A program made the translations under genes and the position numbers. DNA of 64,000 nt from Neophaeotheca triangularis (taxonomy: Eukaryota), in NCBI GenBank assembly GCA_054600435.1, contig BAAIJX010000001.1:558001-622000 (forward strand), in the 5' to 3' direction. Below are positions 47,859-59,682 of this stretch, piece by piece (the first letter of the stretch is position 1; every line of letters begins with the position of its first letter). The notes under the pieces are model-generated. The model was given only the letters and a program-made list of their open reading frames with translations. It searched no databases and was not told the origin of the DNA.

Positions 47859-48414
47859 CTTTTGATGTTTTTTTTGCCGTTGCTAAGCAAGCAATGGAAC
47901 TTTTGCTGGCATAGAGTTAGTTGTAACTTTTTTGAAAGGAGTCCGTGCGTGGCTAGGGTCAGAGTTGTTGTTGTCGACCATCTCAGTGCAACTACCCGAA
48001 GGCTCTCTGTTAGTCAGATTGTTTAACGTGTTACGCTTTAGTTGGAGAGCCTTCTAGGTGAGTCCTTTTTATACATTAACCTCTGGATCAAGAGCAGTAT
48101 TAGCCGATTCGAGCCACTGTTTCCTTGACTTTTGTAACTAGCCAAGTCTTACACTACTGTAACCTAGTCGTGACGCTTCCGAGTCGTGATCGGGGTGAGT
48201 ACATTATGCTTTCGCGTATTAAGATGTAAAGAGCTTTTAAAAGACTCATGAAAGCTACTATGGCAGGCTGACGAACAGTGATAAGGACGAGATTTAGTCA
48301 GGTCTCGGGCGTCCACTTAACGTGTCTGTTTTCCAGTCGCAGTATATTCTCATTCAAAAGGCGAATATATGGTTTTTGAAAAAGATTATATTTATAAAAA
48401 CAAGAGAGGCGAGT

Positions 48415-48533
48415 ACATACGACCACAGCTCAGTGAATCTAAGGCATCCCGTCCGCTCTGCCATATTCAAGCACTGAAGCGGGTGACTAGTACTACGGTG
48501 GGTGACCACGTGGGAATCCCACCTGTTGTATGT
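48415..48533 (+). rRNA. 5S rRNA, copy 3 (119 nt)
   Basis: Identical to copy 1. TATATTTATAAAA at about -28; T-run terminator. Confidence 0.95.
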
Positions 48534-49460
48534 TTTTTGCCCTTTTGTATTCAATTTAATCTTTTTGTTTTTATTTATTCGCTCGCCAAAGTTCGTTACT
48601 TCTCACCCAGGAAACTGGAAGAGTGCACAGTGGAGCTTTAGTGCGCTGAGGACGCTGCAAACTTCGCCTGTGGCGCGTGCGCGCTGGCGAGGGTTAGAGC
48701 GGGATTATTATTTGGGGATGGTTTCCAGGTTAGAAAAGGTTCCATACTCCAATATGAACTGTAAGGATGTTGCTGTGTTTCCTGTTCAAATCTCCACACG
48801 CTATCAGGGCGATGTTGGATAGGCAGCACTGCGGGGTGAGAGCGAAACTTGAATGTAGGGTAAGAAAGCTCAATTATTCTTCGTGCCTGTGTCGATCGGA
48901 TAGATATCAAGGACGATGTTCATTGAGGCAACGTCAGTGAAGCGTTGATCGCAGGAGCCCAGAGATACTGATATCCATGATTAAAGCAACAACACCAAAG
49001 CCCTCTTTGATCTCCGCAATCAGCCGGAAGTATTTGAGTCCTAGACTGCGTCGGGTGGCTGACGCTGATGGTGATATTTCGATACATGTATTTATACAGC
49101 TAGGCCGTTCGTCCAACCATTCGTATGCGTGTACGTTGTAGAATGTTGGCTCTGAGCCATGTCTAGGTCAAAGATGCAATTCTCTGCTCAACTACTCGAG
49201 CATTGCGCGATTGGCAAAAGCGTCCCTCATCGTGACCAGAAAGATCTAACATGGGTGTCGGAGCCCTCAAGGACTTCGAATCCCCTGTTCAATCTCACAG
49301 AACGTGGCCCCGACTGCTCATTGGTGATCTGTCCGACTCGAATGTTCGTCTAGTAGGCCACCTCGAGGCGTAGTGGCATTAATGGGTATCGGCATCTCAA
49401 AGGGTGCTGGCTCGCTGACACAAGTCGGTATGTAGCACACAGTCCCAATGAGAACTCTTC

Positions 49461-50534
49461 TCACTTGATCTCGCCACCACCAAGCACGTCCTTTATGTTC
49501 ATCTGGCCTGTACCTCTTTCCAACGGTTTCGGCTGATCTGCACCTTCCTTCCATCCAATCATGTATATCGTCCGGAACGTAGCTGGGATGGTTTTCGTCC
49601 CGTCCTGCTGCTCTTCGCCGTAAAGCTCGCGATAGATGCTCTCAGCAGCAAGCAGTGTATCCCTCCCAATCGGCCCGAATTCCCTCCGCAGCGCAGCATT
49701 CGCCTCACCCATTGCCTGCAAGTCTGACATCAAGGCGAAGGTGTCCGGGTAGTCCACCACAATGTCGTCGACGTCTACAGTAAGCAAGTTGAACCCCGCT
49801 CGTGAAAGAAGATTTCCTACGTCTCGCACGTCGGCTAGAGGGCTGACATGGGTACCAATACCGCCCAAACGTTCTTGCTCGGCAAGTTGCAAGCTCCCTC
49901 GAAGTTCGTACAGCGAGTCTCCCCCGCTCATGGCGGCAATAAAAGGCGCGTCGGGCTTGAGCGATGCATGGATCTGCGCCAGCACAGAGGGAAGGTCGTT
50001 GATCCAGTGCAAACTCATAGAACTCATGGCCAAGTCAAAAGTCTCGGGTCCATAAGGCAGATACTCCGGGCTCTTAAGCACATCACGCTGGATATCGATT
50101 TCCTTGTTGAACGGCTCATGTTGGTCACGGTATAACAGCTCAGCGCTGGGATCTGTTGATATGATCTTCCCAATACGGGAGCTTATAGGCTCTTCGGCAG
50201 GCTTGGTGACATCGGGGTCTTGCATCGGCGGTGCGGTCAGGGCTCGTGCGATATTGCAGCTATTGGCGCCAAAGTCGAGAGCGAGGGGAAAGGTGCGACT
50301 GATGTCCAGTAGACGATCGCAGAGGCGTAAGGCTACCTCATCGCGGAGGTAGTCTGTCTTCCGGCTTTCTTCTACATTCTGTGCTGCGCGATTCTTGTGG
50401 AGGGCTTTTATAGCTGAGTTGAAGACCTGAACGGCGGGGGTGCCGGGGCTTTGGACGGCGTATAAGCGACGCTGGGGATTGTTTCGAGTGATAGCTCGGT
50501 GGGCGCGTAGGGTGGGATGCCTGAAGAAGGACAT
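49461..50534 (-). CDS. mitochondrial complex I assembly factor NDUFAF5-like (SAM-binding fold)
   Basis: Presequence, DYLRDEVALRLCDRLLDI, LDFGA, SSMSLHWINDLP, DSLYELRGSLQLAEQERLGG, DLQAMGE, ATFRTIYMIGWK. Confidence 0.9.
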   Translation of the reverse strand: MSFFRHPTLRAHRAITRNNPQRRLYAVQSPGTPAVQVFNSAIKALHKNRAAQNVEESRKTDYLRDEVALRLCDRLLDISRTFPLALDFGANSCNIARALTAPPMQDPDVTKPAEEPISSRIGKIISTDPSAELLYRDQHEPFNKEIDIQRDVLKSPEYLPYGPETFDLAMSSMSLHWINDLPSVLAQIHASLKPDAPFIAAMSGGDSLYELRGSLQLAEQERLGGIGTHVSPLADVRDVGNLLSRAGFNLLTVDVDDIVVDYPDTFALMSDLQAMGEANAALRREFGPIGRDTLLAAESIYRELYGEEQQDGTKTIPATFRTIYMIGWKEGADQPKPLERGTGQMNIKDVLGGGEIK

Positions 50535-51551
50535 ATCCTATTTATCGAGTGGAAGGTTGTATTCTTGCTCCTACATACATAGAGCAGCAGAGGCGTATCG
50601 AGCTCTAGATGACCGGGAGAGCCCTCAGAGCTTCACCAAAGGCAATCGATGACGTCCACTTAGAGCTCGGCACACCTGCCTGCTGCGAGGCTTTGTTCCC
50701 GAACAATAGGCGATCCAAGAGCCGAGCCCTCCGGCTGACCGCACCTCGAGAGCTTGTTCAACTTGTCTCTTTTCTTTTCACGACTGCCGTTGTTTTCGTC
50801 CACGGAGACTCTCTCGGCAAAGCGGACTTGGTACGTTAGAAAGTATTAATGCGGCCACAGAAGCACTACAAAGCTCGCCGGCAGACATGGACAGAGATGC
50901 ACGTATGTTGGGGTAACAATCACGCCAAGTGCCAGCCCCCGCAGTTTCTGCAAGGCAGCGTGCTTTGTTGCCCTCTATGGCGTGCAATGTGTAACGTTAT
51001 TATGGCCAGCATGCCCGGCCCGCGCATATCAAAACCGTTATTCATGGGAGTCGGAGCACCGAGAGCCGGAGCAACCTGTGCAGATCTTGCCCCCGTGACC
51101 CCATCTGCTCCTTAGGTGGGCGAAAATGCGGGGCATGCAACAATGAGGGCGTACCGAATAAGTCAATGAGGACTGCCCTTCTCCGGAAGGTAATGCTAAG
51201 AGGTCGACCGATATCCGGCTCAACCACTCGGTGCGAGAGCTCGGCGTGCAATTATGGAGTCCTTCGATGGGTCGCATTATACCGACCGAGTCATGAAGCT
51301 CTGGTGGTGTCCATAGTGGCATCTGAACCAGGCATTGCCGGACCAATGCCGGTAGAGGAGGGCATGTATTCGGTCTGCGGGTTTGGAAAGGTGGAGGAAA
51401 GTATGGGAATACCCCATTATGCAGCTCCTGGCCTGGCTCATGTCAACGGCGAGAGCGGATGGTAGGTAGGTACTTGATATAAAACCTACTCTCCCTTGCC
51501 GTTGCTTCGCGAATTTTGTTTGTTCGATAGCATCCATCGTCAACGTCAAAA

Positions 51552-53631
51552 ATGGGTTCGCAATCTACTCTTCCCAAGCACTGGCTGCTTGCCCTTTTGC
51601 TCTCCAGTACTGCTGCTGGTAGCCCGGTTGAGTTCGAGCTCGCAAAGAACACCGACCCAGCGGTAGCATCATACCTGTCAGACATTCTCCCAACCACTCC
51701 ACCAGCTTCGACGGCAACGGCGTTTGTGACCGATGTCCCGTTGGCAGAGTCTGATGAGCCGCCCTTCACAGCCCTCTTCGAATACCCTGAGGAGGAGCCT
51801 TTCGAAGTGCCAGCACCTTCCAATGGTCTCAACGTTGAGAAACCGAACATGATCAGTGCGTTGACCATTGGGTTCCGGTTTCAGTGAAGCAAATAATTGA
51901 CAAGTAATGACAGTGTTCATGCCTGACCAGCTACGCTACGATTCCGTAGGAGCGTTCGGCAACCCGGTATTGCTTGACCTATGCCAAAGACCCATCCCCG
52001 TCTTCATACTGACGGTATTGCCAGCTCATTCATACGCCCAACATTGACGCTTTCGCCGAAGAATCGGTCAAATTCACCAACATGTTTGCCCAAGCATCGA
52101 CCTGCTCTCAGTCCCGGACCTCCATGTTCACTGGCCAGTACCCCCACGTCAGTGGCCACCGATCGCTTGAAAACCTCCTGAAGCCATGGGAGCCGAACGT
52201 TTTCCGCTCGCTGAAAGAGGGAGGATATCACGTAGCCTACCTCGCACCGAGAGGAGATTTCTACGCGGAGAACGCGACAGAGCTTGGTGTCAACGAATAC
52301 GGGTGGGTCCAATATTTTGCACAGCTGCCGATGAGATTCAATCACGGACGCGACTGACGATGTACTAGTTTCCTCAACTCTCAAACGCTTCCAACATTCC
52401 GGGGATTCCCTACGGCGGACTGGGTGGAGCCCGCTGACAACATCTGGAACCGTCTCTACTACAGAGGCGAACGCAATGAAACCGAGGCCATGGACTACGA
52501 TTGGTCGATGGTGCAGGGGGCTCTTCAATGGCTTGAGCGACCGCCGCCTGGCCCCTGGGTGCTATTCTTGCCCGCCATCCACCCGCATCCTCCTTTCGAG
52601 ATCGAGGAGCCCTGGTTTTCCATGCACAATCGCAGTGAGATGCCTTTGCCCGCGAGGACTGAAGAAAAGGTGAGTTTTTTTTGAAAGCGTTCGAGCATTT
52701 CGCGACAGCAACGCTGACAGCCCGATCAGACCGGCCATGTGCCACGTTTCTTCGAGCAGATTCGCTCTCAGCATGGTTTGGAGCGCGCCACTGATGAGAA
52801 CTGGCAGGAGGTCATTGCTGTGTATTACGGCATGATCTCTCGCCTGGACCACTTCTTCGGCCAGATCGTCAACAAAACCAAAGAGCAAGGCCTGTGGGAT
52901 TCGACAGTGACAATGTTCTACACCGACCATGGGTATGTGAAGTTGCCTTCCATTTCTTCCTTTTCGTGCTGACCAAAGCCAGCGAATTCCTCGGTGACTA
53001 CCAGCTCATTGAGAAGTGGCCCTCTGGTGTCGGAGAGACCCTCGTGCACGAGCCGATCCTGATAGGCGGCGGAGGGCTGCCCAAGGGCGTTGTCTTCGAA
53101 GAAATGGCCGAGATGATCGACCTTGTTCCTACCCTGCTGCAGCTCGGTGGCGTCAACGAAACCTACCAGCACTACGGTCGCTCGATGGTCGATGCCATGA
53201 ACGCTCTCGGCCGAGGCGAAGCCTGCGAGCACAAGACCCACGCTTTCACCGAAGGCGGCTTCCTCATCCAAGACGAGCCGGTGCTGGAACAAGGGCCTTT
53301 CCCTTACGACATCAAGGGTGCGCTGCAACATGATGACCCCTCGCTCGTTGGAAAAGCTCTAGGCATCCGCGACAAGCAATACACCTACGTCTACCGTTTG
53401 TACGAGGCAGACGAGCTGTACGATCGTGTCAACGATGTGTACGAGAAGAACAACCTTGCTGCTCTGCCCGAGTACGCGCACATCAGGGCTTCGATGCACG
53501 AGGTTGCGCTCAAGTGGATGATCGGGTCGCCGTCGGTTCTTCCGTGGTACAAGGATGACAGGAACCCGCAACCGGATTTGGTGAGTCCGTATGAGCAGTG
53601 GATGATGAGAGGGAATGGGACCAGCGAGTGA
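51552..53631 (+). CDS. secreted sulfatase (alkaline-phosphatase superfamily); introns 51856-51913, 51967-52024, 52303-52368, 52670-52729, 52933-52982
   Basis: Signal peptide. Spliced KPNMIMFMPDQLRYD..GNP|LIHTPNID, active-site CSQSRTSMFTGQYPH, HPHPPF, YYGMISRLD, YTDHG|EFLGD..LIEK, DLVPTLL, ELYD. Confidence 0.88.
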
Positions 53632-53814
53632 GAGGTGACAGCTTCCATGACCACCTAGAAGCCTCGCGGAATTGTGAAAATATATCAGAACAGGTTGAAG
53701 CACGTTGTTGCAGTAACTCTGACTGCGGTGGCCGTATTTCATTCCCCAATCTTCCGACCATAGATTGCATCAAATGTTGCCAATCTTCTGAGCAAGGAAA
53801 GAGCCTGACGGTGG

Positions 53815-54618
53815 TTACATCGTAGAGGGTATAGAATTCAGCATGATGTCTTGCCAAGTAATCAACGGTGAATGGCAATAGAGCATGGCCTCGAGCCCCT
53901 CCACAGCCCGTGAAACTCTGGTTGGTAGCTCTTCTTCATGAGGGCAACCCGACCTGGCCTTTTCCACAAGCAATTTCACCTCACGTGGCCTGTGGTGTAC
54001 AATCAGCGACAACTCCAGCAAATAGTTCATCAATGCTCGAGGCCTCTTGGGATCGTAGCCGCAGAGGACTGCTTTGTGCAACAGCTCATGGAATGGATCA
54101 GGGAATGGGAACATGGTGGGCCACCATGGGTAGGGCGACACTTCTCCGCCTGAGACTTGTGAGACAAGAATCTAAGGTCTCGTGATGATATCCCTGTGCC
54201 CTGAGAGCCAGAGATGCCTCAAGCACCCGCGTGTGGTCTCTTACTTGACGCAGATCGACAGCGCTCCACTGCTCGTCAAGTACGCCTTTGAATTTTTGGC
54301 CGTATTTTGCGAGGATGCTTGCAAGGTGAAAGCTTCACTACACCAGCGTGGCCATTCTTGACTGCGAAATGTAACGGAGTCATATCATTAGTAGGCGTTT
54401 TGCGCGGGAAGAGAGTCTGATCCCCTCCTCAAGTCGAAAATATGCGGGCAATAGATAGGTGTCGTCCAGCCGTGTTTGAAGAAGAATTGTATGACCGCGC
54501 AATGCCCAAGCTGGACCGCTAAATTATAGCTTCGGACAGCAGCCTCCAGCGCCAAGCCTCTCTCACGCATGTGCTCCTTCTCTGAGGCAGCAAATACAGA
54601 AAAATCGAATATTTGCAA
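53815..54618 (-). pseudogene. possible degenerate ankyrin-like gene remnant
   Basis: Broken minus-strand ORFs contain LAVQLGHCAVIQFFFKHG and LLHKAVLCG, which resemble ankyrin helices. No continuous frame. Confidence 0.3.
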
Positions 54619-54890
54619 ACAAAAGGCTCGAAAACGTCTATACTGTAATTGACCACGAGCCTCACCATCCTACACAAAGGGTCTACATATTGCATTTAGT
54701 AGTAGTAGCACGAACACAGCCCGACATATGCAAGCGTACCCGAAGGGCGCAAGAAACCGCGAAAGCCCTCCAGACGAGGCACAAATCGCGAGAAGATGCT
54801 TGCGACCTGCGATCTGCGACCTTGCTTCTCTACAACGCTGCCGGCATGGACTAGCGGAGCGATACAAAGCGCACCGGCTCACGACCAGTC

Positions 54891-57099
54891 TCAACCGAAG
54901 CCACCGAACGGGTTGCCTCGCCTGCCACCAGCACCGCCAGCACCGCCGAAAGGATCCCCGCCGCCGGCGAAAGAGAAACCGCCGCCACCACCCCCTCTCC
55001 TCCCGCCCCCTCCGTTCATCATATTGAACAACACCTCCGGGTCGATCTGCACGCCGCCGCCCATACCACCACCCATGCCGCCACCAAAACCGCCCATGCC
55101 ACCGCCAAACTGTTCGCTGGGATCCATCAAATCGACACCGCTGTCATACTGCTCCCTCTTCTGCGGATCCATCAGCGTCTCGTAAGCCTCACTGATGTCC
55201 TTGAATTTAGCCTCGGCCGTCTCATCACCAGGGTTCTTGTCCGGGTGGTGCACGATAGCGAGCTTGCGGTAGGCCTTCTTGATCTCCTTGTCGTCGGCGT
55301 CCTTTTCCACGCCCAGAATCTTGTAGTAGTCCTTGCGCTTGCTCTTTTTGAGCTCGAGCTCGGCGTTGCGCACTTCCTTTGCGATGCCGGGCTCTTCCGG
55401 GTGCGACTCGGCGATTTTCTTGTAAGCGCGGACGGCCTCCTCCCAGTCGCCGCTCTCGCCGAGGGCTTTGGCGCGGGTTTTGCGCGCTTTGGTGTACGAG
55501 GGGTCGAGCTGGATGGCCTTGTCGCAGTCAGCGATGCAGGAAGACCAGTTCTTGAGCTTGGTGTAGCACATGGCGCGGTTATTGAGGATTTTCGAGTTGG
55601 TGCCTTTGTTCAGGGGGTCGATCTCGAGGGCTGACGAGTAAGTGTCTACGGCTTGTTGGTAGCGGGCGGCCTTGAAGTGGCCGTTACCTTCCTCCTTTGT
55701 GCGGTCGAGTTTTTGCACCATGCGCAGGTATTTGACCGCATCCTTGTAGTCGGGGTCGCAGTTGAGGGCTTGACGGAAGTGAGAGATGGCCTTGTCATTC
55801 TCGCCCTGGGCGTAGAGGGACCGGCCTCGCAGGACAAGTGCTTCTGGGTCTGCGCTGTTGGCTCTTAGCAGAGACATGGCAACGTTCTGTGCATCCCCTA
55901 GTGAGTTGACGTTCCCCATCTTGAGGTACGCCTCTCCCCTCATGAGCCTCCATTTTCTAGGCGGCTGCGTGTTGTAGCCCAAGCCCTTCTCCGCCTGCTC
56001 TATCGCATACACAGCCATGGATCCTGTGTTGCTATTAGCCAAGCTCTCTTGCGCCTGCTCGATATGCCTCTGCATCGTCATGGCGGGCATCTTGTCCTTG
56101 GCGGTAGCGGCAGGTTGTATGCGGTCGTACGTCTCCAACGCCTGCTCCGGCTGTCCGAGCGAAGTGTAGACCTTTGCCATCCTGTGAAGAATCTTAGCAT
56201 TGTCCGGTTCCAATGCATCAGCCTTCTTGCAATCCTCCAGCGCCTCGGAAAGCTTGCCTGCCGCCATGTATGCCGCAGCTCGGTTCGAAAGGTACGTGGA
56301 GGAAGAGGAATCCGCCTCGATAGCTGGAATCGTCAAAGTCAGCATGTATTCCTCAAACCCAAATTGTCAAGCACCACGCGAGAAGCATACCTTTGGTGTA
56401 CTCCTCAACAGCCTTGTCATACTGCTTGGCCTTGTAAAACTTGTTGCCCGCCGCCTTTCTCTCCTCCGCTTCTTCCTTTCCCCCCACCCCGTTCTCAGCC
56501 TCCCCATTCGGTGGCGTTTTGTGAGGCGGTGGTTGCGGACCCTCCTCATCATCTCCATTACCCTCCGCATCCCCATTAACCTTCACACCCCCATTGCTCA
56601 TAGGAAAAGCACCAGGCGGGGGAGTCCCACCCGGGCTGACAGGCTGTGGCGTGCTCTCGACCATGGGCTCGCCATCGGCCGCGGTCTCCCTCGCAGCAGC
56701 GCTCATGGCGGAATACCTCTTGCGCTGCTCCGGCGGCAGATTCAGTGGATGCTCGGCCTCGACAGGTTTTCCCTTACTGCTTTTCTGAAAAGCCCTGGTG
56801 CTAGCTTTCTTTTCTGCGCCGTCGCTTTTCTTGCCAACCTTTTCTGCAGGTGACTTGCTCTTTTTGGTTGTAGTGTTGGAAGTGCTGCTCCCGTTGAAAC
56901 TGGTGTTGCGCTCTTTATCGCGTACTTTGCCCTCTGAGCTTATGGAAGCTCGCGCAGGCCTCTCTTTAGTTGGCGACTGAGACGCGGGAGATGACTGCTG
57001 CTGGCGACCTGACGATGATGACGATGGATCCTCGGAGGTTGGAGATGACAGGGGAGAGGCTTTGGTGGTTGGCTTCTTATTGCGGGCAAAGAAGTTCAT
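54891..57099 (-). CDS. TPR + J-domain co-chaperone (DNAJC7/Tpr2-like); intron 56324-56390
   Basis: TPR motifs ([27 protein letters not shown]), [16 protein letters not shown], and a Gly/Phe/Met-rich tail. Confidence 0.92.
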
Positions 57100-57283
57100 G
57101 AGGGGAAGAAGAAATTCAGAGACCGGCAAGTCAAGTACCACGCAATTGGGGAATAGGCGTTTTCGGGTGACTGCACGGCGGACAATTAAGCGTGTGCCAC
57201 AACGGGAAACTTTACGGGGGGTGCCTCGTTCGGATTTCCTTCACTACTGAGGGCGTTTGACTGCATTCCGCTGCCAAGGCCCT

Positions 57284-57296
57284 TTCTAGAAGGTTC
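57284..57296. promoter_or_regulatory. heat-shock element (three alternating nGAAn units) upstream of the TPR-DnaJ gene
   Basis: TTCtaGAAggTTC, about 185 bp upstream of ATG 57099. Confidence 0.7.
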
Positions 57297-57666
57297 CATC
57301 GGGCAAGTATTGCACATTTTGGCTTATGCTGCGCACATGTGCATGTAAGGTCGATCCGGAGCTAATGATCAAAACCAAGACATTCACATGTACATTGCGT
57401 AAACGACGAGACAGGGGGGTTCAGATAATGTAGCATTCACAGCTCAACTAAGTCATGTGCGGGCAAGAAAAATGATCCGCAACTCAAGTGCAAGAAAACG
57501 TTGCATTGTGCTTTTGAAGCAGATAGTTACTATGCCATGCAGCCGTGCTGCACAGCCGGAGACAGCTATCAGAATAACCGCCCTTGTACATCGCAGGATG
57601 CCGGCGATCGGGTGTTTGGCTCAACCAACGCGTTGGTGAGCGTAGTGTTTGTTGCAGCGAGGCAGC

Positions 57667-59147
57667 CTATTTGGCGCCGAGGCTGGGGAAGGCGCTTTCA
57701 TCCGCTGGGTTGAGGCCGCGAGCACCACCGCGCTCACCACCCCTGTTTCCACCGAAGTCTCCGCCACGTCCACGACCACGGCCACGGCCTTCGCCACGGC
57801 CACGGCCCTCACCACGGGAGCCACCACGGCCGCCGCGAGAGTCGCCGCGTCCACGTCCGCCACGGCCACCCATGTCGGCGGGGGCGTAGTACTGGCCGTC
57901 CATAGCGAGAACGTTCTTCTGCTTGTTCTCCTTCTCCTTGCGAGCCTTGCCGCCAGAGCCGGAGAAAAAGTCCTCGGTAGTGCGCTCAATGGCCTTGCCC
58001 TCGGGGAAGCTCTGCTTGGAGCCTTCGTTGGCCTTGCGGATTTGGGGGTTGTCGCTGCCCAGAGCCTTGCGCTTCTCAGCCAAGTCGGTGAGGTACTGCT
58101 CGTAAGACTTGGTCTTGTCTTCCTCTTCGGGCGCAGCATCCTCCTCGCCTGCCTCGTTGGGTCCGGAAGTGAAAGCAGGGTCGGCGCCGGTGGTGTCAGG
58201 AGCCCAGGCGGGGGCGTCGGCGGCCTCGGCGTTAGCGATAGCGTTGCCGGCCCTCTCGTCAGCCCACTCAGATTGACCATCCCTACCTCCCCAGCCCTTG
58301 TCGGCCTGCTTCTCGTGGTCGCTGCAAAAGTAAAAAGTTAGAACAATGCGCCAAACTATATTGCCATGCAGGTGTTACTTACCCAATGCCAGTGTGGCTG
58401 TGGCGGTCGTCGCGGGCGCCGCGGGCACCACGGCCACCGAAGCCCCTGCCTCCCCTAGAGCCACGGCCACGGTTGCCAGCGTCTGTTGTAAGTTAGCAAA
58501 CATTTATCCCTTTGAAGATGTTAGCGCCAGTACATACCCCGAGTGCGGTCTGGGTGACGGTCCTGGCGGACGCCATCATCACGCTTCTCCGCGCGGTTGT
58601 TCAGCGAGCCAGCTGCAAAGAGTTGTTAGCCGCTGATTACCACCTAAACTCTTGTCCGTATCTGATGTGGATTTCTCATTCCCCGCTCTTCAAGTATAAA
58701 ACGTACCCTGGTCACCCCTGGTGAAGACTGCGTCGCGTCCACCACGTCCACCGCCCGCAGGCCTTGGGGCGTCGCCCCTAGCGGGTCCTTCAGCACCAGC
58801 ATTGCGCTTGCCGGAGCGTTGGACGGGCTTGTCGATGGCCTTGGCTGGGGGCTCCGGCTCCCTGTTGGGGTCGAGCTCCGGGTCGTTGCCTTGGTTAAAA
58901 TGTTAGTATGCACTCCGGCGGCGGTATGAGTGTAAGATGGAAGGCTGCATCGTACCCAGGAGGTCGTAGAGGTTCTGTGGTGGGAACTAGCAGTCAGTAG
59001 ATGGCCTTTTTGCGTTCCAATGGCAGCCAGTAGAAATCGTGCAGCTCCATCAGCTTCATCACGCGTGTGATATGCGCGTTCTGCTGATGACCATTGCCGA
59101 ATAGAGTAATAGTAAAGACGTACCTTGCTCGCAATACCGGTCGACAT
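57667..59147 (-). CDS. STM1: Stm1/SERBP1-like ribosome-preservation and G4-binding protein; six exons (59147-59124, 58974-58956, 58889-58707, 58612-58538, 58482-58383, 58321-57667)
   Basis: MSTGIASK|NLYDLLG|NDPELD, RGG boxes, DDRHSHTG, KSYEQYL, IRKANEG, and C-terminal DESAFPSLG. Confidence 0.9.
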
Positions 59148-59682
59148 GTTTGCTTGCGAAAAATTGTCAAGACTGCGTGCGACCCATGCCGTTGCGAAAG
59201 GTCGGTCTTGGGTGGAGCAAGAGAAGAGAGCTTACGGCGTGTCGTCAGACGGGAAGCCGTGCAGTGAGCGAAATGCGCTGTGGCCCGCTTCACGCTAAAA
59301 CCCTTGGCATGAATAGGGGGTCACAAGTTGCAACTTCAACTTCAACCTCCACCCAACTCAGGTCGCATACACTTCATGAATCATGATGCATTCACACGAG
59401 ACCCCGCAGACAACTTTGGGAAACTACATAAGACTTTTGATTAAGACTTTTACTCTTGGCTGCACGCAAACTATGGATCGCAATGCAAGCAAGTTCTAAA
59501 AATCAGCGACAACAATTTCCACCGTAAAACAAACACGCTTTTTCTTTCATGCACCCCCCCTCCTGAGCGCCGACGCTGATGCACTTTTCAAGTCGCTTTT
59601 GACGGACCTTCATGTCTCGTGTCTCATGTTTTTCGAATGGGATTCTCGCAAACAATAGTAACGCTTCCTCGCCGGTGTGAAA

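Noticed and set aside
47257..48533. Inverted 119-bp repeats read as transposon TIRs, or the repeats as a CRISPR-like array
   Set aside because: The repeats are complete 5S genes with TATA boxes and T-terminators; no transposase, target-site duplication or spacer pattern.
47179..48641. Repeated short ORFs (TYNRWDSHVVTH..., TTVGDHVGIPP...)
   Set aside because: They are translations of the 5S rRNA copies.
20678..53631. Choline pathway link between ATRR and the sulfatase
   Set aside because: The genes are 27 kb and about ten unrelated genes apart, and the sulfatase substrate is unknown.
57584..58341. Alternative-frame ORFs over the last STM1 exon
   Set aside because: By-products of GC-rich RGG-coding sequence.
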